A stretch of 64,000 bases of DNA, taken from positions 558,001 to 622,000 of the forward strand of contig MCFH01000020.1 of the NCBI GenBank assembly GCA_002104945.1. Reading direction: 5' to 3'. Below the pieces are notes generated by a model. That model made no database searches, had not been told where the DNA came from, and saw only the letters and a list, made by a program, of their open reading frames with translations. Numbering within the stretch: the first letter of the stretch is position 1; every line of letters begins with the position of its first letter. The position numbers were made by a program, and so were the translations under genes. This document shows positions 11,701 through 25,095 of this stretch, piece after piece. Origin of the DNA: Piromyces finnis finn. Taxonomy: Eukaryota; Fungi; Neocallimastigomycota.

Positions 11701-13671
11701 TTATTGTTTTGGATCTGGGTGTGCAAATCTTAAAAAGTCAACTATAGAGTAAAAAAGATATTAACATAAAATATAGTCATTATTAATGATGCTATAATAT
11801 ATGTATCTATTCGATTATCGATTATATTTATCCCAAATGTATTACCTTGAATATCAACAGACTTCTTTTTATGGAATTTATACATCGCTGGGATATCATA
11901 CTATAAAATAAATGATTATTTTAATAATATTTTTTTTATTAATACATCTTTATATCTTTATTGTGATTAAAAAAATGGAAAAAAAATTTGATATACTCTA
12001 TTTAATTCCTTACTCTTAATTCTGCAACAACTTCACAAGATACTCCCCATTCTTTAGCTTTTTTAAATATATGCTATATATTTAATACAATGATTAATTA
12101 ATTACTGACAATAGTAATATATTAATAATCTTATTATATATTATTATGAATATATATTACATCTCTTGTAGATGTCTTGTGAAGACTATAAACAGCTCTT
12201 GTTGAAATCTTTAATAATAATTATAATATAAAATTTAGATTATTTAATTTTATTATATAATAATATAATATAAAATCAAATCATTATAATTATATTATGG
12301 CAGTAACTTACATCAATAGCTTTTTTTAAGAATACCATATCGATACCTTTATGAGTTTTTGTACCAAATGGTGGATTCTTTATCAAGACAACAATTAATA
12401 AAGAATTATTATAAAATTAATACTACTACTACTACTACTACTAATAATAATAATAATAATAACAATAACAATAATAATAATGATAATATAATATTATATT
12501 ATTCTTTATTTAATCCATTACCATAAAGACAGTATCGACTTTATCTCTTAAAGTTAGAGTTTCAACATCAACATTTATTAAATCCATATTTTCAATTTCA
12601 AATCCTTCCATATTTTCACGGCACTATTTATTTATTGTTTTTAATTAATTTGAAATAAAAATAATAAAAACTAAAAATTAATATTTTCATTTAAATATAA
12701 TATTTTCATTATTTAATATGATTTATACAATTTCTAAAGCACTATCATCTATATCAAATGCAAGGTTGTATAGGGCTCCTAATTGATTTGCTATTGGATA
12801 ATAAATTTTATAAAATTTCGTTACATTTAATTTAATGATAATGATATTATTTTTTATTTAAATATATAATAATTATTATAGCAATATATACCTCCGATAC
12901 TTAATACACCACTAATATATATATAAAATTAAAAAATGATTTTTATAATTTTTTAAAAAAGTGAAATTTGAATTATATATTTCATGATTGTTAATTAACA
13001 TAATTTGTACTGTACCATCCACAGCCTAAATCTGCAACTACTTTATCTTCTATATCATCGTACATACTTTGTGCAGTGTATAACATTCTTGAAGCTTTTT
13101 ATTTATTTATAATAATTTTTGGAGTATAACAATTATATCAAGAATGAATAAAATAAAAATAATTATTTTTAAAATTGTTTGAAAAATAAATAAAACAATA
13201 TAAATTTCAATGTTTTTTTTATATGTATGAAATTGATATATTTCTGTGTTTATTTTATTTATTAATTTATTTATTTTTATTTTTATTTTTTTTTATCCTG
13301 ACCTATATGAGCCGAGGTAGGGTATTGTTCAAATTGAATTTCTAAAATAAAGTATTTATATATATTTTTAAATTTATTATTATTATTATCATCATTATTA
13401 TCAATATTAATTTTTCTTTCTTTCTATATATATTTTAGGAAGAAAAATGTTTTCCAAATTCTTTAAGTGATATATCTGATATAATTACTTGGTTTTTCAA
13501 AAACATCAACATCTTGTAATAAACCTTTAAAAATTATTTATGAATTTATTTTTTATTTTTTGAAATGAAAATAAAACGAAATGATATTAATTGTATTAGT
13601 TATGGGATATATAAATATATAAATTATATATTTTATATTTAATTACTTTCTAATTGCTTTAATTTTATCAT
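11701..13671 (-). CDS. METTL5: rRNA N6-adenosine methyltransferase METTL5, about 12 short exons
   Basis: Spliced product reads [40 protein letters not shown]...VADLGCGCGVLSIG...FDIDDSALEI...VFMNPPFGTK...GIDMVFLKKA...VYSLHKTSTRD...[24 protein letters not shown]. It has the SAM-binding DLGCGCG motif, the catalytic NPPF motif and the EQYPT N-terminal motif. It is missing from the ORF track because the exons are short. Confidence 0.92.
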
Positions 13672-14716
13672 TTTTTTTTTTTTATTTTTTTTGTAAGCAG
13701 TTTTACAAATATAATGTGTGTAACTTTAAATAACTTTTACCTTTACTTCATCTATAAATTTTAAATAATAATAATTTCTATATTAATTATATATTATGAT
13801 TGGTTATAATTCTATTGTATTAAAGTTAAAAATATTTTTTGAAATAACATTTAAAAATTGATATATTTCATTTTTTAAATATTAATTTTATCCTATATCA
13901 TTACTTTCTTTTACTAACACCAATGCAATTTTTTAAACATTCATTATATAAAATATTATTTATAATACCTATATGTATAAATACTAATTAATAAAATGAA
14001 TATGAATAGATTCAAAAAAAGAAAGGCATTTATTTGACTTTTTAAAATACTTTTAAAAATTTGTAATGAAAAATAAATCACCAGGTTATTTTATCATTTT
14101 ATTGCTATCGTTATTCTTAGTTATAGCTTAAAGTATATAGAACATTATTTATTTCTAATCAATAGCAAAAATAATAATTCTATTAATAAGTATTCTCAAG
14201 TAATTAGAACTGAGTTATTGATAAATGATAATACTATTTCTACTGAATGAATAATAATTGAAAAAAAAAAATTTTTTTAACTCTCTTCATTTTTTTTTTC
14301 AAACCTTTCTTTTCTTTTAATTATTTTTTATATTATTTTATTAAGTTTTTATTTTTATTTTATTTAGTTTTTTTTTTCTCTCTCTCTCTTTTTTTTTTTT
14401 TTTTTTTTTTTTTGCTATAATATTTTTTATTTTTAAATATATCTTTTAATATGATATTTATCAAAATTTCATTATTTTATTATTTATTTTATTATTGTTT
14501 TTTTATTGTTTTTTTAAAAATTTTATTATTACTGTTTTTTTTTATGTTAATTTTAAATAAATTCTAATTTATTATAAACATTTTAATTCATTTTTTTTAT
14601 TTGTAAAATGAATCAGAATTATTCATAATAAACATAAAATATTATATATATTTATTTTTTTATTTTTATTTATTTTTAAGGATATATAAATAAGTAAATT
14701 TTTATAATGATTATAT

Positions 14717-17212
14717 TTATTTTTCTTTGTCCTTTCTGATGTTAATGTCATCTAATTGGATTGGTGCACCACCACCATATTGATGACTAGCAGCAGAATA
14801 AGCTGGTTTAATTAAACTTGGTTTGTTAACAAAATCTTCACCATTACTAAAGATTTGTTGGCAAACACCTACAATTAAAAGTGCCCAGAATAATATTTCT
14901 ACAAGAGCTGAAGCAGAAAATTCTTTTAATATTTATAATTAAATAGGTTGAAAATAAAAAAAAAAAAATTAATTTTAAATTTTTTAATTAATTGTATATA
15001 TATTTAAAGAATTACCTCTTCTACCAAATATAGAAACGAAAAACATAAATATTGAACCAACTAAAGCAAATGGTAACTATAATATTATATATATACATAT
15101 ATTATTATTATTTATTATTTAATATTTAAATGGATTTAATAATATATAATTAATCATTACAAATTTAGCTCTTGGTGATTTTATATTAATAAATGGAGAT
15201 GGTAAACTTGGGTTAACAACATAATTACCAAGGAAGAAATCGAAACCATCCTATAAATTTTATGAAATATTTTATGGAAATATATTGATTATATATTAAT
15301 ATAAATTTTTATTTTAAACTAAAAATTATAAACATTAATATTACTTGACGAGATCCATCTTTAAAATTATTTTTAACATATCTAACAATAGAGTTTTGTA
15401 AATCATTCATAGCTCCCATCTTAGTTCTCTTACCGGTACGTGTGAAATCGGTTTTTAAAGCATTAGTACCAGAATATTGAATACTCATGGCATTTGCATT
15501 ATCAGCCCAAACTTTTAAATAATTTAAATAATAATTAGAATAATTGATTCATTATTATTTGTATTGATTTTTTTAATAAAAAAATTTAATATATTGAATT
15601 TAATTTCAATTTTTTTTTTTTTTTTATTAAAAAATTAATAGAATGGCATATTTTAATAAATTCATTAATTACCATTATTAAATGTGAAAATGAATTCTGG
15701 GGCATCTTCAACCTTTTGTTGTGGACCTAAAACACCAGATTCACGGAGTTGATGATTTAAAGCACGCTTAGCTAATACACTTTGAACAACATTAGTACGA
15801 TCAAGACAATCCATACAATTAGTTCTGCAAACTGAAGTTTGTTCTTGGACAATTTGTCCATTTTCATTTACATGGTAGTAACTAGTGTATTAATTCATTA
15901 TATATTTTAGATGTCTTATAGTGATAATACTAAAATGTATATACATATATATATTTACCCTTGTTTAATTAAATTATCTTCGATTTGATCCATAAGAAGT
16001 GAAATTCTATGCCATCTCATTTTACTACATTCTTTGTGGAAATCAAAGTGAACGTATCTATAAATAAATAAATTAAAATATAAATATTAACAAAAAAATT
16101 TTTTTAATAATTAGTTTAGATAAAATCATTTTAATTGAAAAATAAAATGATAATTTAGTTCATTAAAAAAAAAAAATAATAGTAAAAACAAATAATTACG
16201 TAATACGATCATCATGTAAATCTTCAACTTGTTTTGCAAATTCATTACCAATATGTAATTCATAACCATGCTTATTAATTAAATTGAGAATGATTTGTCC
16301 CCCATATCTATTACGTTGATCTTGGAAATGCTTTCTGAAGGAATCTTTCTATAATTTCCAAAAGTTAATAATTTTTATTAATCGATAGATATAAATTATG
16401 TATTTATTGCATTATAATAATAGAATATATATAAAATCTTTCTTTTTTATGATAGTTACAGTTGAAATGTTTGGTTCAATAAATAATCTTGGATAATATT
16501 TAACATTAATAATTTGTTGCCAATATAATGGAATAGAACCTCTAGTTTGAACGTAGGAGTAAGTTTGTTTGCTTGATTCTAAATAAACATATTGTTCAGT
16601 TTCAACATAATTAGCAACGTTTCCTTCATCATCAATACCTCTTCTGTTGTATCTAGTACCAGCTCTGAATCTACTACGACGAGAGATAATTGCAAAAACA
16701 AATGGTTGATTATTGATAGCAGTTGGACGAATTGCACAGACTGTTTTAATGAATTTTTAAGAAATAAACAAATTATTATTATAATATTTAATTATGTATT
16801 TTTAAAAAAAACTATTTTATATGATAGGGGCCAAAATCAAATTATTATAAGTAAATGATTACTTACAACCACAAATAACTGGAAGAATAAAATCATCAAA
16901 CTGATTTCATTAATCATAATAGTAATTATAATAGTGGTTTTATTTATTCAATTAGAAATTTTAGTTGTGATTTAAATTTAAATAATTATAAATATGCTTA
17001 CTCCTGCATTTGGATTTTGAGTGGCTAAATTAATAATTGGTTTTTGCATGTATTGATTCCAATAGAAGCGTTCATCAGCCTTTTTATCATTTTCAAGATT
17101 TCAATGATATAAAGGTTATATTCATTATTATTATTATAATTATTATTATTAATATAGGTATGTTATGATTTTATCCTTTTCTATTATATATATATATATT
17201 TTTTCACTTTTG

Positions 17213-17245
<33 letters not shown>

Positions 17246-17949
17246 TACAGTACTCCAGATTGGGGCAGAAACATCAAACTTGATTTGAGCATTGTGAGTG
17301 ATATCACGTTGATATGAAAAGTAAAAGTTACATTGTTTAAATACTTCGGAAATCATGGAAAGATAAACTTGGTCATCATTTTTCTATTTATTTGGTTGTA
17401 TATTTAAAATAAATAAATAAATATTTATTTTTTTGATATAAAAGTAAAATAGTTAATGATAAAAAATATCAAAATATGATATAGTAATATTATTTTATTT
17501 AAATATAAATGTTGGAAATTAATATTTTGAAATATATACTTGTGATTGAGTTAAACGAGAATCATTTTTGGTGTTTGGATAGATTCCAACCTTTTTAACC
17601 TTAAAAATTTCTGTACCATAAATTTCACCAATTTTTTCTTTTTCGGTAATAACAATTAAAACAGTACCTATAATTAAAATAATAATATAAAATAATAACA
17701 ATAAAATATTTTAGTGTTTAATTTATTTTTGAATTTATTTTAAACAAGGTAATTATACTATTTTTTTCTTAATAATACTGTACCTGAATTAATTTGAATG
17801 GTACCAAATATACCATAAATTGGAATAACTTTTTCGGAATTAATACCAAGAGTGTATTCACCTTTTTAAATTTTTATTTAAAATTTAATTTAAATTGAAA
17901 TATAAATAGAATTTATATATTTAGTTGTACTATATTTACACATATTAAA

Positions 17950-17982
<33 letters not shown>

Positions 17983-18217
17983 AAATTAAATTACCTAATG
18001 AAACATTTCCGGTACTCTTTTCAATAATTAAATTGTTTTTAACTTTTTCATTAGTTTGAGGTTCGATAATAAAACTTCCATTTGTAATATGGCTATTTTT
18101 TTTTTAAAAAAAAAAAAAAAAGTTAATATTAAAGCGTATACATTTAAAAAAATAAGTTTTATATAAAATTTTATTTAGTATCCATGTTTATTTGTTTTTA
18201 ATAATTAATTTTATATG

Positions 18218-18254
<37 letters not shown>

Positions 18255-18287
18255 TTGAATTTACAGATTTAAATTTTGGTGAATCAT
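14717..18287 (-). CDS. SAC1: Phosphoinositide phosphatase Sac1, multi-exon
   Basis: Spliced exons give [19 protein letters not shown]..., [47 protein letters not shown], the catalytic [16 protein letters not shown] (CX5R), [29 protein letters not shown], hydrophobic C-terminal segments and [11 protein letters not shown]. Confidence 0.93.
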
Positions 18288-19452
18288 TTTTGAAGACGAC
18301 TTGTATAGATATATAAATATATATATATATTAATGAGCCTACAATAATTTTTAATTAGTCTTTTTACATTTTGAATGAATAAAAATAATATTTATTATTT
18401 GTTGTTTGTTGTTTAACCCATCAAATATAATTTAAAACATAATAATTAATAACAATAAAAAAAAAAACATAATATTAGTGTTATTTACTAAAGAAAGTAT
18501 TTTAATTTAATGTATTATTTTATTATTACTTTATTATTATTAAAATTCCTTATTTGTCTTTTTTAGTATTATTCTTTTTTTTTTTTTAAAAAAAAATAAA
18601 AAAAGAATATTAAAAGGTATAAAATAATAAATTATAATAAAAATAAATAAAAAGATATTAATGTTTATGAAAATGGAAATATTGATAAAAAAGAATAATA
18701 AATAAATTTTAAATTAGAATTTTAAATTGAATTATATTTAGTTATATATATTATAAATATATTATAATATATAATGATTCTATATAATTAGTTATGATCT
18801 ATTTTACCACCATTCATGTATTTTTAAAACTTTATATTAAAAAAAAAATTAATAAAAACCCTAATGACTATTAATATAAAAAATAAGATATAAACATTTC
18901 TATAATAATTAAAATTAATTCAACAACATCGAGAAAGAAATTATATATAAATTTCTTATTCTTATGAATTATATAATTTTACTTTTTTTTTTTTAACGGC
19001 ATCAAATATTTAATAATCTTTACATAAGGTAATGATGATATATTTTCTTTTTTTTTTTTTAAAAAAATAAATAAATAAATAATATTCATATTTATTATAT
19101 TCTGATATTAGTTTTTTTTTTTTTTTTTTTTTTTTTTGGATAGAGTTTAAAAAAAATTCTTAAATCCTGGTATATTTGATTATTTATTATTTTTTATTTT
19201 TTATTATCTTGAATTTTATTTTTTTTTTTTTTTTTAATTTTTTACATTAATGTGCATTTTTATTACTTTTTAAATGATTTTTTATAGTGTTAGTGAAATC
19301 ATTTAAAAATGCATTATTATTTGATATATTATTTTATTATTATTATTTTATCTTGTGTTTTATTTGTAACTTTTATTTGAACCATGTACTTAATATGTTA
19401 TATTTTTAATTTCATTAAAATATAAACATATTTAAAAAGAAAAACAAACACT

Positions 19453-21901
19453 CTAGTAACTTCTACCCCATAAGGTCCACTTAGTAGCTGGCTTACCACA
19501 GTGGAAACACTTAAGACCATCAGATTCCTTAATATCTGGTTCATTGAATGGCATACATAAGGTCTTGGCACCCATAGATGGAGCCTTTTCATCTTCTGGT
19601 TGATCAGCAAGAGCACTATTAATAATACAACATTAAAATTAATAACATTTCTTTTAATAATAAATTTTTTAATTACTAAAATAACAACTTACATAGAGGC
19701 ACTTTGTTCCTTAACTTCTTCTTCACACTTAGTTTCTTGACACCATGGAGCAAGAATAATGCACTTCTTGTCAAGGTTTGGAACGAAATCCTTCCATTCA
19801 GTGATTCTAGCTAATTGAGCATCACGTTGTTCAGTGGCAATTCTTAACATATCAGCTTGAATAGCATCAAGTTCCTTCTTAATGTTTTCACAAACATTTT
19901 CAAGAGAAATTTGCTTCTTTTCACCATTGTAACGAAGGACACAACGAGCTTCATTATTAGCAATATCTCTTGGACCAACTTCAAGACGAATTGGAACACC
20001 CTTCATTTCCCAGTGGTTGTACTTCCAACCAGAAGTGTAAACATCACGGCAATCGGATTCAGCTCTAATACCACCATCCTTTAAGGTCTTAACAAGTTCT
20101 TCAACCTTAGCGTAAACCTTTTGACGATCTTCTTCAGTGGTCTTAGCGTTAATACCACATGGAATAATAATAACTTGCTTACTAGCAACTCTTGGTGGTA
20201 AAACTAAACCCTTGTTATCACTGTGAACCATAATCATAACACCAATGGTTCTAGTGGTAATACCCCAGGAGTTTTGGAAAACAAGTTGCTTTTCCTTGTT
20301 TTCGTTTTCACATTCAATACCGAACATTTTAGCGAAGTTTTGACCTAAGTGGTGAGAAGTAGCACCTTGAATACCACGACCAACAGCTGGAATGAAACCT
20401 TCACAAGTAGTAGTGTAATCACCACCAGCGAACTTTTCCTTTTCGGATTTCTTACCTAAAATAACTGGAACAGCTAATAAATCTTCGTAGACACGGCGAT
20501 ATAATTCAAGAATGTTAAGAACTTCTTCATCAGCTTCCTTTTTGGTAGCGAAAGCAGTGTGACCTTCTTGCCAAAGGAATTCACGAGTACGAAGGAATGG
20601 TTCTATTTATAAAATTTATATTTATTTTAATACATTTTTTATTTAAAAATTATTGAAATTTCTTTTATAAATAATTGTAAATTCCGATAATATTATTAAA
20701 TTTTTTATCATCCATCTACTATTTTTTAACGATATATCGTTCATTTTTCAAAATTTTACTTTTATATTTTCTCATTCAACACTTACGTGGGTTCTTGAAT
20801 TCCCAACGAACAACGTTACACCATTGGTTTAAACGGAGTGGTAAGTCTCTGTGACTTCTAATCCAGTTAGCGTAGTATGGGTACATAACAGTTTCAGAAG
20901 TTGGACGAATAGCAATTGGTTCAGCGAGATCACTGGTACCACTATTTATTTGCAAATATTTTTAATAATATAAAAAATATATATAATAAATATTTTTTTC
21001 TTTAAAATAATTTTTGGAATTCCTAATTTATCCTTAATAAAATTAATGTACATACGCTTTAGTAACCCAAGCGACTTCTGGAGCAAAACCTTCAACGTGA
21101 TCCTTTTCTCTTTCTAAGACCTTCTTGGTAACGAACATTGGGAAGTAACTGTCTTCAACACCAAGCTTTTCAAATTCATCAGAAAGGAAGTCTTTATAAA
21201 ATTTAAAATATTGTCAATATCAATACTAATTCAAATTTACGAGATTAAATAGATATAAAAAACATACTTTGGATTTCCTTCCAGATTCTGTAAGCCCATG
21301 GACGGAGAATGTAACAACCACTAACATCGTAGTAATCTAACATTTCAGAACGAATTAAAACCTTTTGAAATTTTTATTTTTAATTATTAATTTATTTTAA
21401 CAATGATAAATGTATTATATATATATATTTAAAGATTTATTATATTTTTAAAATTTAGAATTAGTATTGATTTAAATTTTTAAAGATTAAACTATTATTA
21501 AACTGCATTATACATTATATTATTTATATATATATATATTTTTATGACATACTTGACGGTACCAGTTTGGGAAATCTTCTTCCTTCTTGGATTCAATACC
21601 GATTTTGTTTTCCTTCTTGTTATTTTGGTTCTTGTTATCTATTTAATATTTATAATATTTATAGTTTTTTTTTTTTTATAAAATATTTATTATATATATA
21701 TTTTGATAATATAATAATTAAAACAATTAGAACAATGCATATATAAAAAGTTCATTGTTTAAAAAGTTTTGTTTAATTTTTCTACTTATTAATAACATAA
21801 AATTGTACTTTTTTTTTTTTTATAAATTATTAAATTCATTTTAATATTATAAAGAATAAAACATCTTATTGACTATTTCAAAACATACTCTTTGGTGGCA
21901 T
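19453..21901 (-). CDS. Cytosolic prolyl-tRNA synthetase (eukaryote/archaeal type), multi-exon
   Basis: Spliced exons give [116 protein letters not shown] and a terminal GAKTLCMPF...[18 protein letters not shown]. Codon usage (AAG, TTC, TAC, GGT) suggests high expression. Confidence 0.95.
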
Positions 21902-22846
21902 TTTTCAAATTCTAATAATAAAAAATAATATTTTATTTTTTTTTTTGTAAAGAAAAAAAAATTTTTTTTTTTTATTTTTTATACATATTAATCTAGCAAA
22001 TTATTTTAAACAAATAAATTTAAAGATGATGATATGAATTGTTGTATATTAAATGTATACATTGAATGAGAAACAAAATTTTAATATTTCCTTCATTAAA
22101 GTATTATTTTATATATAGTAATACAAGATTCAAATGCAATGTACAATTTTTACCAAATCAATGGATAGATTTAATTATTTTTTAATATATGATTGAATGA
22201 TATACTGTATTTCTATATAATTTGTATACATAAATATGAATATGACTAAAAAAGTAATAATTGACCGACCACATTTATCATAAATTGTGAACTAAAAATT
22301 TAATATAAAGACAAAAGGCAATAATATAATTATTGCTATTTACTATATTTATTATTATTTTTTATAAATACTAACACTATAACTATAATTACATATATAA
22401 TATAGGAATAATATACTGTCAATAATACTAATATAATTCATTTATTCATTTATATATATATATTATTACGATTAATTTTTTTTTATTTTTATTTATTTGT
22501 GAATAATTAAAAAATTTTTTTTATTTTTTTTTTTTTTTCTATTTTGTCTTTATTTTATTCATAATTATTAAACAAAGGTTCATTATTATAAATTATTATA
22601 CATACAATATAATTTTTAAATATTCTTAAAACTAATATAATTTTTCTACGATTATGGTAACAATTGATTTAATTGAAATTAAATTATTATATTCCATATA
22701 ATAGTATATAATATGGACAACCGAGAATTCATTTTTTTTATTATTCATTATTATTGATTTGATTATAAGTTTGTTTGTAGTTGTTTTAATTAATGATAAT
22801 CTAAAATGGAATCTATTTTATAATTTAATATTTTATTTTAATTTTT

Positions 22847-22879
<33 letters not shown>

Positions 22880-23031
22880 AATAATTTATTATAATCAATG
22901 ATATTAAATAATAATTAATATATTTGATTATAATGATTGATTTCTATTTGAACTTTATTATGCATAAAATTATTATTTTTGATAAAAAATATTTTTTATT
23001 CGTATTTGTTTCTTTTACTGTGATAATTAAA

Positions 23032-25095
23032 TTATTTTCTTTCATTGGTATCAGTTACAGTACTAGTATTATCTTCATCATTTCTATATGTTATAGAAGC
23101 ATTCTCCTTTAATACATCTATATCAATAACATTATCGTTTAGGGTCAATTGGTCGTTATAGGATATCTTATCATTAAGAGTTAATTGATCATTTGACTTT
23201 TTGACCATTAATGGTTGAAAATCTTTAGGACCTTGTGGACCCTTTGGACCCTTTGGACCACCTGGTGGACCTGGTGGGCCATTTGGTGGACCTCCTGGAC
23301 CACTAAATTGAATGTTCTTTACAAATAAAGCAAGTAATAAAACTACAACAGCAGCTGGAACAATGGTAACACGATAACTAAATTGAAGAGCATTCATATA
23401 TGGTTCATTATAGAATGGTAATGTTGCAAGGTTGTTTATATCTTTTCCATTGAAATTTGGTTGTTTATAACTATATAATTCCAAAAATTTATTCTTTAAG
23501 ATAGCACCAAAGATGGCTACACCAATTACACCACTAAGAGTACGACCGAATAAAATAGTTGAAGTAGTAGTAGCAATTAAAGGCTTTGGAGAAGAATTTT
23601 GTCCTACAACAACATAATTTTGATTAGTAATTCCTAGAGCCAAACCATAAAGTAAAATAATTAAAAGTTCAATATAGTATGGTGTAGATAATCCTATAGT
23701 GGAGATTAAAATGGTAGCACCAACTAAAAGAACAGATCCTATAATAATATGTACTTTAATATGACCATGTTTACTAATTATAATTCCACTACCGATACCA
23801 GCAACGGCAATAGTTACGAAACTTGGAGTAAGTCTTAAACCTGACATAGTAGCAGAAAAACCACGAGCATTTTGGTAAAGCATAGCAATGGTATTGTTAA
23901 ATGTAAGGAAAACAAAACCAACAGCAAAAGTACCAAGAGCACTAATAATAACATTTCTTTGATGGAAGATAACTGGTGGAATAATTGGATCCTTAGCTAT
24001 AGAGCATTCAACAACAATGAATGCAACTAAAAGAATTGCTGAAGCAATAAATAAATAAATAATGATTTTTGAATTCCATGGATAATTTGTTCCTCCCCAA
24101 TTTAAGGCAAGTAATAAACAAACAGAGAATGCAACTAAAAGAATAGATCCAGTAAAATCAATTTTTTTAACCTTTTCCATAAAACTTCCAGGTGGAGTTG
24201 GAATTTTAACGTACATTGCAATTAAAATAGTAGCTGCAATACAGACTGGAATATTAATGAAGAAAGCCCATCTCCATGAAAGTTTATCAGCGAATAAACC
24301 ACCAACTAAAGGACCAACAACGGATGAAAAAGAAAAAACAGAGTTAACAATACCCATATAAGTAGCTCTCTCACGAAGTGAAACAATATCAGCAACAATA
24401 ATATTGACCATAGAAATAATACTACCACCACCAATACCTTGAAGAGCTCTAGAAAAGATAAGCATATCAAAGTTTTTTGATAAACCACAAAGAATTGAGG
24501 CAATTACAAAAATTGCTAACATTGCAACCATCATTGGTCTTCTACCAAAAATATCAGATAATTTACCAGTAGTTGGTTGAATAACAGTTTGAGCTAATAA
24601 ATAAGCAACAATTACCCATGTATAGTTGTTATAAGCTTTAAATTCTTTACTAATAATTGGTAATGCACTAGAAACAATAGTAATATCTAAACTTGCCATT
24701 AATAATGATAAAATTAAAGATACAAGAACAAGAATAAATTGATTTTTTGGAAGCTTTACTGAAACATAATCTGGATCCATGATAAAGGGAGGAGGACCAC
24801 CCATACCTTTCATACCTGGTGGTGGTCCACCCATTCCTTTCATACCTGGTGGTGGTCCACCCATACCCTTAATATCTGGTGGTGTTCCTTTTAATCCTGA
24901 TGTTGGTGCATCTCTAATCAATGATTGCGGTGGGGGAGTAATGACTGTCTTTTCTTCTCCAGATACATTTTTTTCATTATTATTTGAATTTATTTTCTCT
25001 TTTTTATTTAAATTATCTACATCTACTATTATTGAATTGTTTTCATTAATGTCAATGTTTTTGACCTCGTTTTGGCCATACGTTATTTCGCTCAT
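23032..25095 (-). CDS. MFS drug:H+ antiporter, DHA2/14-TMS family, paralog 1 (intronless, 687 aa, Gly/Pro-rich tails)
   Basis: Shows ASLDITIVSSALP (motif D1), WVIVAYLL, GKLSDIFGRR (motif A), RALQGIGGG, GPLVGG...WRWAFFINIP (motif C region) and many hydrophobic segments. Confidence 0.93.
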   Translation of the reverse strand: MSEITYGQNEVKNIDINENNSIIVDVDNLNKKEKINSNNNEKNVSGEEKTVITPPPQSLIRDAPTSGLKGTPPDIKGMGGPPPGMKGMGGPPPGMKGMGGPPPFIMDPDYVSVKLPKNQFILVLVSLILSLLMASLDITIVSSALPIISKEFKAYNNYTWVIVAYLLAQTVIQPTTGKLSDIFGRRPMMVAMLAIFVIASILCGLSKNFDMLIFSRALQGIGGGSIISMVNIIVADIVSLRERATYMGIVNSVFSFSSVVGPLVGGLFADKLSWRWAFFINIPVCIAATILIAMYVKIPTPPGSFMEKVKKIDFTGSILLVAFSVCLLLALNWGGTNYPWNSKIIIYLFIASAILLVAFIVVECSIAKDPIIPPVIFHQRNVIISALGTFAVGFVFLTFNNTIAMLYQNARGFSATMSGLRLTPSFVTIAVAGIGSGIIISKHGHIKVHIIIGSVLLVGATILISTIGLSTPYYIELLIILLYGLALGITNQNYVVVGQNSSPKPLIATTTSTILFGRTLSGVIGVAIFGAILKNKFLELYSYKQPNFNGKDINNLATLPFYNEPYMNALQFSYRVTIVPAAVVVLLLALFVKNIQFSGPGGPPNGPPGPPGGPKGPKGPQGPKDFQPLMVKKSNDQLTLNDKISYNDQLTLNDNVIDIDVLKENASITYRNDEDNTSTVTDTNERK
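24788..24890 (-). repeat. 30-nt coding tandem repeat, about 3 copies, encoding GMKGMGGPPP
   Basis: On the plus strand, ggtggtggtccacccat(a/t)cctttcatacct repeats with period 30. Confidence 0.9.
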
